Shown here: positions 16,914 through 23,495 of the stretch, one piece after another
How positions within the stretch are numbered: the stretch's first letter is position 1
Layout of the letters: every line of letters begins with the position of its first letter
IMG/VR virus record: IMGVR_UViG_3300046506_000279
Length of the DNA stretch: 64,000 nucleotides
Source of the DNA: a virus
Lineage: Duplodnaviria; Heunggongvirae; Uroviricota; Caudoviricetes
Direction: 5' to 3' (one strand)
Notes under the pieces: model-generated
The model's input: the letters and a program-made list of their open reading frames with translations, nothing else
Databases searched by the model: none
Told to the model about the DNA's origin: nothing
Program-made: the position numbers and the translations under genes

Positions 16914-17258
16914 TCAGGCGGCGCGCGCGTTGTAGCCGAAGCGCTGCACTTCGCGCACATGGGCGGTGCCGCCGCTGTTCTCGTAGACCAGCGGCTTGGC
17001 GTTGTCGAGGATCTCGATCAGTTCGGCCGGCACGTTGACGGCGACGCCGCGCGGCACCTGGTAGTGGGTGCCGTTCAGGCCCAGGAACACCGGGTCGCGC
17101 CCGTTCTCGCCTTCGCCCGGGTGGATGGTCAGCACCACCCGTTCGCCGGACAGCTGGTCGCCTTCGTCGGCGCCGTGCAGCACCACGGCGGCGACGGGGG
17201 CAACGACGGCTTTCGGGGCGTCGTCGATGGTGGTGATGCTGGTGTCAGATTTGGCCAT
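16914..17258 (-). CDS. virion protein (114 aa)
   Basis: MAKSDTSITTIDDAPKAVVAPVAAVVLHGADEGDQL... with AAGGAG SD after an upstream terminator. Confidence 0.45.
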   Translation of the reverse strand: MAKSDTSITTIDDAPKAVVAPVAAVVLHGADEGDQLSGERVVLTIHPGEGENGRDPVFLGLNGTHYQVPRGVAVNVPAELIEILDNAKPLVYENSGGTAHVREVQRFGYNARAA

Positions 17259-17279
17259 GCTGTACTCCTTGTTGGGCGT

Positions 17280-17300
17280 AAAAAAACCCGCCGCAGCGGG
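17280..17300 (-). terminator. rho-independent terminator (minus strand)
   Basis: On the minus strand: CCCGC-tgcg-GCGGG hairpin followed by TTTTTTT. It lies between the 166-aa capsid-proximal gene and the next gene. Confidence 0.6.
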
Positions 17301-17334
17301 TTCCGGGGTGATTCCCGCGTGCGCGGGAAGCGGG

Positions 17335-17835
17335 TTACGGCGCCACCGACGGCAGCACCGCCACGTCGTAGAACGTGGAAGTGACGCCGGCCGCGTCGAG
17401 CGCGGTGGTGCCGGGGGTGAAGGTGGCCGCCGAGCTGGTGACGACCTTGATCAGGCCCACTGCGGTAATCCCGGTCGGGACGTCGGCGATGTTGCTCGGC
17501 ACGGTCGAGGCGGCCAGGTTGTTGGCCAGCGCCTCGGCGATCTGCGGGTTGCTCGGCGCCGTGCCCTGGTAGGTGGTGACGGCGCCGGCGCTGTCCAGGC
17601 CCACCGTGTAGTACAGCGTGGTGCCGGCTGCCTGCACCGCATGGCCGGCCGAGAAGGCCTGGGCCGCCAGCGCGGTCTTGGCCTTGAAGATGCCGTCGGA
17701 CAGGTAGGCGTAGGCGCTGGTGGTCTTGAAGGTGGCGGCGCCGCCGGCGTTGATCGCCAGTGCCGCCGCCGTCATGTTGCGGAAGCCTTCGAGCTTGCGG
17801 TTGTTGCCGCTGAAGGAGTCTTTCAAAGTAGCCAT
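17335..17835 (-). CDS. capsid-associated protein (166 aa; decoration or minor head candidate)
   Basis: MATLKDSFSGNNRKLEGFRNMTAAALAINAGGAATFKT... It is directly downstream of the major capsid gene and is followed by a terminator. Confidence 0.45.
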   Translation of the reverse strand: MATLKDSFSGNNRKLEGFRNMTAAALAINAGGAATFKTTSAYAYLSDGIFKAKTALAAQAFSAGHAVQAAGTTLYYTVGLDSAGAVTTYQGTAPSNPQIAEALANNLAASTVPSNIADVPTGITAVGLIKVVTSSAATFTPGTTALDAAGVTSTFYDVAVLPSVAP

Positions 17836-17908
17836 GGGTACTTCCTTTCGATGTTCGAAGTGGGGTCAGCCCCGCGCCAGCTGGCGCAGGGCATGCGCGC
17901 GGCCGCGC

Positions 17909-18910
17909 TTACGCGGTGACGGCGCTCTCGAGGCGGCACATCCAGGCGTCGTTCAGGATCACCGCCGACTGCATGGTCTTGAAGCCGATGAAGCCGCGCT
18001 GCGCCAGCGGGTCGGCGCTCGACGGTTTCGGGTTGACCACCAGCGGGGTCAGCGCGAACATCCCTTTCAGCGCCACGATGCCGTAGCTGTTCTGGGCGAT
18101 GTACAGGGTCTGGTAGACGTCGGCGCTGGTGCCGTCGGTCGAGGTCATCGCGCCCTTGGCGCCACCGGCCGACAGCAGCGGGGCGAAGATGGTGGACGAC
18201 AGGTAGCGCACGTCCTCCACCTTGCCGATCTCGTTCTCGTACGGCGTCATGCTGCCGTACTTCTCGACCGGCACGAACACGCTCTTGCCGTCGGCGCCCA
18301 GCATGTTGCGGATGTCGGATTCCTGGTCCGGGTGGATCAGGCCGATGAACGACTTGGCCACCTGCTCGGTGCCGTAGGCCGGGGTCGACTTGACCACTTT
18401 CGTGATCTGCTCGGCGTTCTGGCGTTTCAGCGCCTTGGTGACTTTGCGCTGCAGGGCCAGCGTGATCGCGGTGTTGACCGCGCTGCGGCTGGCGCCGTTG
18501 GCGTACACGACGTTGGTGCCGGCGCGCAGGATGCCGTAGCGCATGCGCTCGATCATCTGCGCGGCCTGCTCGCCCAGCAGCTCGACCGCTTCGTTGAGGA
18601 CGTTGTCCTCGTGGGTGTCGAGCACGATGTCGGAAATCTGGATCAGGCCGCCGTACTGGGTCAGCAGGCACGGGACGTCGGTCGCGGTCAGCTGCTGGGC
18701 GCCCGGGGTCACGCCCTCGACCAGCGCGGTCGGGGTGTTGTCCAGCGCGTTGTAGCGGCGGAACACGATGGTCTTGCTCGAGTTCGACGGCAGTGCTTTG
18801 GACTGGCCGAAGCGCTCGAGCACCATGAAGGGAATCGCGCGTTTCAGCAGTTCTTTTTCCGCGTAAGCGGCAGTGCGTGGCGAGATATCGCCGTAGTTGG
18901 TAGCGCCCAT
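17909..18910 (-). CDS. major capsid protein (N4-gp56 / HK97-fold family)
   Basis: 333 aa, MGATNYGDISPRTAAYAEKELLKRAIPFMVLERFGQ...VFRRYNALD... It has AAGGAG SD and lies downstream of the scaffold gene. Its size and sequence character fit the N4-gp56 MCP family. Confidence 0.7.
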   Translation of the reverse strand: MGATNYGDISPRTAAYAEKELLKRAIPFMVLERFGQSKALPSNSSKTIVFRRYNALDNTPTALVEGVTPGAQQLTATDVPCLLTQYGGLIQISDIVLDTHEDNVLNEAVELLGEQAAQMIERMRYGILRAGTNVVYANGASRSAVNTAITLALQRKVTKALKRQNAEQITKVVKSTPAYGTEQVAKSFIGLIHPDQESDIRNMLGADGKSVFVPVEKYGSMTPYENEIGKVEDVRYLSSTIFAPLLSAGGAKGAMTSTDGTSADVYQTLYIAQNSYGIVALKGMFALTPLVVNPKPSSADPLAQRGFIGFKTMQSAVILNDAWMCRLESAVTA

Positions 18911-19167
18911 GTTGGCTCCTTGAGTGAACGAAAAATCGGTGGGGTGGATCTGGTGGTCAGCGATTTAGCGAGCGCTCGTCGGGGGCAAAGCCTGTCCTTC
19001 GATGCGTGCTAGTAACGTGTGGCCGCGTCCGGCAGCGCGACACCATGCGGCGCCCGTGGGGGCGTATCGCGGTCGCGCTTACTGCTTGCTGCGGTGAGGG
19101 TGGTGCGAGCGATGCCCGCCTTGCGGCGCCGGCTGCGTCCGGGGGCAGCGGGCGGGAACGAATGGGG

Positions 19168-19416
19168 TCAGTCGGGTGCTTCGGTGAAGGTCACGTAATA
19201 GTTCTTGCCGGGCTTGAAGAAGGCGGCGGCCGGGCGGCCATCGCTGATCTGCATCCAGCATTCGCCGGACGGCGTGGCGTCGGCGAAGTCCTGGTTCTCG
19301 CCGTCCGTGCCGTAGACCGCGCCGAGCCGCATCTTGTGGCTCTGGCGGCTCTCGTTGAATTTCGTGGTCTCGGTGCTGTGGCACTTCATCTTGGCCACGA
19401 CGCGGGTGATGGTCAT
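19168..19416 (-). CDS. small phage protein (82 aa)
   Basis: MTITRVVAKMKCHSTETTKFNESRQSHKMRLGAVYGTDGENQDFADATPSGECWMQISDGRPAAAFFKPGKNYYVTFTEAPD, with AGGAG SD. Confidence 0.55.
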   Translation of the reverse strand: MTITRVVAKMKCHSTETTKFNESRQSHKMRLGAVYGTDGENQDFADATPSGECWMQISDGRPAAAFFKPGKNYYVTFTEAPD

Positions 19417-19497
19417 GCGGTTCTCCTATAGGTGCCCCAGGCGGGGCGGTTATAGGGCTCGGGTCTTGCGCTCTTGCAGCCCTGCGGTGTTGCGGGT

Positions 19498-20016
19498 TTA
19501 TTCGACCAGCTGCCAGTCCTCGGCCAGCATGTCGGTCTGCGAGGCCAGCCACGGCACGCGCGCCCCTTGCGGGTAGGCGGCGCTGTGGACCGGGTAGCTC
19601 ATGCGGATGAAAGGCAGGTCGACGCCATTGGCCGGTCGGTATTCAAGCCACAGGCCTTTGCCGTTCCAGCCGCTGCGCGTGACACGGGCACCGCGTTGCA
19701 GCGCCTCCAGCGCCAGGCCGAAAGTCAGCGCGTGGCACGGGCGGTAGGCGGCGTCGAAGCTTGCCTTCGGGGTCCAGCTGACGTAGCCGGCGCGACCGAC
19801 CACGTTCGGCTTGCCGTCCGGTTCGTACTCGACCAGGTAGCCGGCGTCGGCGCCGTCCTCGTCAGCCAGCAACTGCCAGCCGCGCAAGGCGTTGTAGGCG
19901 CCGCGCGTCATCGGTTCGGCGGTGATCAGCTTGGTGCCGATGAAGCGCGCGCTCACGCCCCTGGCCGCGTGGATCCGGTCGATATCGGCCCCGGGGTAGG
20001 CGGCGGCCTGGCTCAT
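19498..20016 (-). CDS. DUF2829-domain protein (Tad2-like anti-Thoeris sponge candidate)
   Basis: The C-terminal half, ALEALQRGARVTRSGWNGKGLWLEY...PWLASQTDMLAEDWQLVE, matches the DUF2829 signature (GWNGKG ... WLASQTD(I/M)LAEDWE). It is 172 aa. Confidence 0.6.
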   Translation of the reverse strand: MSQAAAYPGADIDRIHAARGVSARFIGTKLITAEPMTRGAYNALRGWQLLADEDGADAGYLVEYEPDGKPNVVGRAGYVSWTPKASFDAAYRPCHALTFGLALEALQRGARVTRSGWNGKGLWLEYRPANGVDLPFIRMSYPVHSAAYPQGARVPWLASQTDMLAEDWQLVE

Positions 20017-20903
20017 GCTTCGTTCCAGGCCTTGGCGAAATCATCCGACGCCGCCGGTTCCTGCGGCAGGCTCACGCCCGACGAACGCACGCCCTCGGCC
20101 GCTTCCAGCGCGTCGTCGTGGCTGGCCTGGCTGTCGTAGCCGTCGTCCGGCTTGCTGGCCTGCTTGAACGCGGTCAGCATGTCGATGATCTCGCGCGCAC
20201 TGCCGCTGTCGATCACCCGCTGCACCGCGCCCTGGTCGGGCTGGGCCGCTTGCCAGGCCGAGAACTCCGGGCTCTCGACCACTTCCATGAAGTCCTTGTG
20301 GACGTCGGCGATCGCGGTGAAGTGGTTTTGCAGGCGCTCGTTCTTGAGGTCGGCAATCACCTGGTCGACCGTGGCCGATACGCCGCCCACGCAGTCATGG
20401 GCGATCTGCTTGACCAGCTTGGTGATCTGCTCGACGAAGTCGGCGCCGAAGTCCTCGGCCAGCACCGCAGCCGGGTCGGCGTGCTCGTTGCTGGCCGCTT
20501 CGCCCGCGTCGTCGGCGCCGCCGTCGCCGGCGTCATCCAGCGGCAGGCTGGCCTGCTCGTCGTTGACGCTGGAATCGCCCATCGCCGCTTCGCGCGCGTC
20601 CAGCTCGGCCTGGCGCGCCTTGAGGCGGCCTTCCCAGCTTTTCAGGCGCTGTTCCTGGTCGGCGGCCGAGGGGGCGGCGTCGGCGGGGGCGTCGGTGGGC
20701 GCTTCGGTGGCCGGTTCGGCGGCTTGTTCCGCCGGCGACTCGGCCGCTTCCTCGGCCGGGCTGCCTTCCGCTGGCGCTTCGGCAGCCGGCTCGGTCAGGC
20801 CGAACGCTTCCTCGTCGCTCACCTGGCTCGGTGGCTGGTCGGGGGCGTTGAATTGATCCGCGTAATCGGCGGCATGCTCGTCCATCTGTTCTTTGGTTGC
20901 CAT
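20013..20903 (-). CDS. capsid scaffolding protein
   Basis: 296 aa, highly acidic and Ala/Glu-rich (PAEEAAESPAEQAAEPATEAPTDAPADAAP) with predicted coiled coils. It sits between the portal region and the major capsid gene. AGGAG SD. Confidence 0.7.
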   Translation of the reverse strand: MATKEQMDEHAADYADQFNAPDQPPSQVSDEEAFGLTEPAAEAPAEGSPAEEAAESPAEQAAEPATEAPTDAPADAAPSAADQEQRLKSWEGRLKARQAELDAREAAMGDSSVNDEQASLPLDDAGDGGADDAGEAASNEHADPAAVLAEDFGADFVEQITKLVKQIAHDCVGGVSATVDQVIADLKNERLQNHFTAIADVHKDFMEVVESPEFSAWQAAQPDQGAVQRVIDSGSAREIIDMLTAFKQASKPDDGYDSQASHDDALEAAEGVRSSGVSLPQEPAASDDFAKAWNEA

Positions 20904-20936
20904 CTGGCTGACTCCTGTGGGATTGAAACGCGGGTG

Positions 20937-20958
20937 TAAAAAAACCCGCGTTCAGCGG
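20937..20958 (-). terminator. rho-independent terminator (minus strand)
   Basis: On the minus strand: CCCGC-tgaac-GCGGG followed by TTTTTTT, just upstream of the scaffold RBS. Confidence 0.55.
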
Positions 20959-20986
20959 GTCGGGTACTGGGTGTTCGGGTGCGGGG

Positions 20987-21217
20987 CTATGCCGGCGTGG
21001 CCTCGCGCTGCGCCAGCCGCTGGCTGCGGTGCGCGCTCGATTCGAAGACCGGGTGCCACCGGTCCAGCTGCGGCCCCAGCGCGCCCCACTCGGCCAGCTG
21101 GGTGCGCAGCGGGTCGGCGCGGGCGTAGTCGCGCGCGGCGCGGGCGGCGGTCCATGCGGCGTGCAGCGCGGCCAGCTGCGCCGCTTCGGCACTGGTCAGG
21201 TTCGCTTGGTCGGACAT
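20987..21217 (-). CDS. hypothetical protein (76 aa)
   Basis: MSDQANLTSAEAAQLAALHAAWTAARAARDYARADPLRTQLAEW... There is a TGATG overlap with the upstream gene. Confidence 0.45.
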   Translation of the reverse strand: MSDQANLTSAEAAQLAALHAAWTAARAARDYARADPLRTQLAEWGALGPQLDRWHPVFESSAHRSQRLAQREATPA

Positions 21218-21456
21218 CAGGTGGCATCCCGGGCGAGGCGTTCCAGCACGCGGCGCACGCCGTCGGTGGTGGCGCTGGCGCGGATGACCGGGCGCAGCGG
21301 CGGCAGTTTTTCCAGCGCCGTGGCCCACGACATGTCGTGCCCTTGTTGCTGGTAGAAGGAGATCGCATCCGGGTGCAGGAGGACGATATATGGCTCGCTG
21401 CTGTTCGCTTGCAGGGTCGCGATCGCGTGCTTAGCGTCAGCCAGGGACAGCGTCAT
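21217..21456 (-). CDS. hypothetical protein (79 aa)
   Basis: MTLSLADAKHAIATLQANSSEPYIVLLHPDAISFYQQQGHDMSWATALEK... Confidence 0.45.
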   Translation of the reverse strand: MTLSLADAKHAIATLQANSSEPYIVLLHPDAISFYQQQGHDMSWATALEKLPPLRPVIRASATTDGVRRVLERLARDAT

Positions 21457-21926
21457 ACGCCGGGCCGCTGGTCCATGCCGTAAAACGCCACCATCAGCGC
21501 GGTGTGCGCCGGAATCCCCATCGGGGCGCGCTTGACGTGGTGCTCGACGTCGTCGGGGCTCTGGTACAGGTGGCTCGACTTCGGCATGGCCGGCGGCCGG
21601 GCCTGGCTCAGGCGCGCGGCGTTGGCGTCCAGCGCCTCGAGGTAGGCGTCGACGATGCCGGGCGCGCGGTTCAGGCGGTACACCGGGTGGCCGAGCGAGG
21701 TGCGGGTCTGGTCGATGTAGCGTTCGATCTCGAGCACGCCGGTGCCGCGCAGCAGGCGCAGGTACTTGTTGATCCCCGACAGGCTGTAGCCGAGCAGGGC
21801 GCGCAGGTCGTCGCGCAGCAGCGGGCCGGCGCGCAGCGCGCCGATCAGCTTGCGCACGTTGTCATCGCGGCGGCGGGTGGCGCTGGTCACGCGGTTGGGG
21901 CGGGCGGTGGCGTGGGTGTCGACCAT
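21453..21926 (-). CDS. winged-helix DNA-binding protein (157 aa)
   Basis: ...DDLRALLGYSLSGINKYLRLLRGTGVLEIERYIDQTR... It has a wHTH-like segment. Confidence 0.45.
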   Translation of the reverse strand: MVDTHATARPNRVTSATRRRDDNVRKLIGALRAGPLLRDDLRALLGYSLSGINKYLRLLRGTGVLEIERYIDQTRTSLGHPVYRLNRAPGIVDAYLEALDANAARLSQARPPAMPKSSHLYQSPDDVEHHVKRAPMGIPAHTALMVAFYGMDQRPGV

Positions 21927-21927
21927 G

Positions 21928-22173
21928 TCAGGCCTTCGGGCTCAGGTTCGGGTTGTCGTCCAGCAGGACGCGGCGCAGGCATTGCAGCTGCTTGATGGCG
22001 CCCTGGGTATGGCGCAGCTGGTCGGGCGTCACCGTGGCCAGGTCGACCAGGTGCGATTCGATCACGGCGTCGAGCAGTGAAATCAGCGCGCGCATCGGCA
22101 AGGTGGCGCGCAGCAGCTGCAGTTCCAGCGTGTCGGCCGCGATCAGGTCGCGCAGTTCGAGGCTAGTTCGCAT
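21928..22173 (-). CDS. hypothetical protein (81 aa)
   Basis: MRTSLELRDLIAADTLELQLLRATLPMRALISLLDAVIESHLVDLATV... Confidence 0.4.
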   Translation of the reverse strand: MRTSLELRDLIAADTLELQLLRATLPMRALISLLDAVIESHLVDLATVTPDQLRHTQGAIKQLQCLRRVLLDDNPNLSPKA

Positions 22174-22735
22174 GTTGGTTCCATGAATGGGCGTAGTCGG
22201 CCAGGTTGGAGCCGGCGCTGGCCGCCTCGGCGCCGGCCCCGGCCGCCAGCTTGGCCGCGCCGGTGTTCTTCAGTGCCTGGCCGCTGGCCTTGGCGGCGGA
22301 ATAGGCGTCGGCACCGGTCAGGGTGGTGCGCGCCAGCTTCTGCACCGCTTCGCCGGCGTGCATCGCTTTGGCCCCGGCCTTGACCAACTTGCCGCCGGGG
22401 ATCAGGCCGGCCGCCGCCAGCGCCATGTCGGCCTTGTCGCCGCGGTGGATGGCGTCGTTCAGTTCGAGCGCGCTGGTGATCTCCCCCGTCACCGGCAGCG
22501 AGCCGACCAGCAGCGCGGTTTTCGGGTAGTCCTGCTTGACCTCGTTCCAGCGCCGGCTGGCGTCGTCCAGATAGCTGTCGTGACGGCCCCAGGCGGCAGC
22601 GTAGTCGGTGGCGGCGTCGCCGGTCGCGGCCGGCATGGGGGCCGGGGCCGGTGCCGGCGGCTGGCCGCGGCTGTCGCGCCAGCCCTGGGCCAGCGCCTCG
22701 TCGTCGCTGCGCTTTTCCATGGCGTTAGTGGGCAT
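22163..22735 (-). CDS. PT-TG-like (pre-toxin TG) domain protein, paralog A (190 aa)
   Basis: ...DYAAAWGRHDSY...LLVGSLPVTGEITSALELNDAIHRGDKADMALAAAGLIPGGKLVKAG...LADYAHSWNQHAN. Confidence 0.45.
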   Translation of the reverse strand: MPTNAMEKRSDDEALAQGWRDSRGQPPAPAPAPMPAATGDAATDYAAAWGRHDSYLDDASRRWNEVKQDYPKTALLVGSLPVTGEITSALELNDAIHRGDKADMALAAAGLIPGGKLVKAGAKAMHAGEAVQKLARTTLTGADAYSAAKASGQALKNTGAAKLAAGAGAEAASAGSNLADYAHSWNQHAN

Positions 22736-23144
22736 CGTTGTTCCAGGCCTGGGCGTAGTCGGCGGCGGCGTCGCCCACCTCGAGCGCGTTGCCGGCGCGG
22801 TTGATCTGTTGGGCGTGGCGGGTGATCGGGGCCAGCGCCTTCTCGGCCGCGTTCATGCCCACCCGCAGCGAAGCGGGCGCGATCCGGGTCGCGGCCTTGG
22901 CCAGCTTCACGCCGGGAATGAACGACACCGCCGCCTTGATGCCGTCGCCGGTATTGCCCGCGTCCATGGCGTCGGCGTAGTCGGCCACTGCCGCCAGCTG
23001 GCCCGTCACCGGCATCACCTCGGCGATGGTGGTGGCGATCGGGTGTTCTTTCTTGGCCTCGCGCCACCATGCGCGCGCATGGGTCACGTAGTCGTCGTCC
23101 GGCTTATCCATGGGCGCGTTCCAGGCCGGCGGCGCGCAGCTCAT
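22725..23144 (-). CDS. PT-TG-like domain protein, paralog B (139 aa)
   Basis: MDKPDDDYVTHARAWWREAKKEHP...VMPVTGQLAAVADYADAMDAGNTGDGIKAAVSFIPGVKLAKA...AADYAQAWNNDAH. It has the same architecture as 22163..22735 and overlaps that gene by 11 nt. Confidence 0.45.
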   Translation of the reverse strand: MSCAPPAWNAPMDKPDDDYVTHARAWWREAKKEHPIATTIAEVMPVTGQLAAVADYADAMDAGNTGDGIKAAVSFIPGVKLAKAATRIAPASLRVGMNAAEKALAPITRHAQQINRAGNALEVGDAAADYAQAWNNDAH

Positions 23145-23316
23145 GGCGGGCGCGCAGGATGCGGTGCGCGACCATGCCGCGTTCGGTCATGTGGGCATCG
23201 CTGAAGGCCAGGTTGTAGTTCAGGCGCTCGCCGTTCACCACGCGCTGCATGCGGTAGACGGTCATCGCGCCCAGCTGCTCTTTGCTGTTGGCGACGCGTT
23301 TGGGGCGGATGTTCAT
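23104..23316 (-). CDS. hypothetical protein (70 aa)
   Basis: MNIRPKRVANSKEQLGAMTVYRMQRVVNGERLNYNLAFSDAHMTERG... with AGGA SD. Confidence 0.35.
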   Translation of the reverse strand: MNIRPKRVANSKEQLGAMTVYRMQRVVNGERLNYNLAFSDAHMTERGMVAHRILRARHELRAAGLERAHG

Positions 23317-23495
23317 GGTGGTCCTTGCGGTGCGCCGTCGATGCGGCGGCAGGGCTGGAGCGTGGCGGCGTCCAGGATCGTGAAATGGCCTTGCGCGCGC
23401 CAGCCGATGGTGTCGAGGGTAAAGCAGCCGTGGATGTCGCCCACGATCAGGTCGCGCCCGCGCAGGTTGCGCCCGCAGCGCTGCACCATGTTCAT
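23313..23495 (-). pseudogene. remnant of a lambda-type Ser/Thr phosphoprotein phosphatase (N-terminal about 35 aa only)
   Basis: MNMVQRCGRNLRGRDLIVGDIHGCFTLDTIGW matches the lambda PPase N-terminus ([24 protein letters not shown]). The following GDxxDRG/GNHE motifs are absent in all frames. The start overlaps the portal stop. Confidence 0.55.

Noticed and set aside
14765-19012. ORFs 14765..16297(+), 16224..17384(+), 17068..17919(+), 17720..19012(+), 17823..18671(-)
   Set aside because: Antisense to, or out of frame with, clearly coding structural genes (major capsid and others). Arg/Gly-rich.
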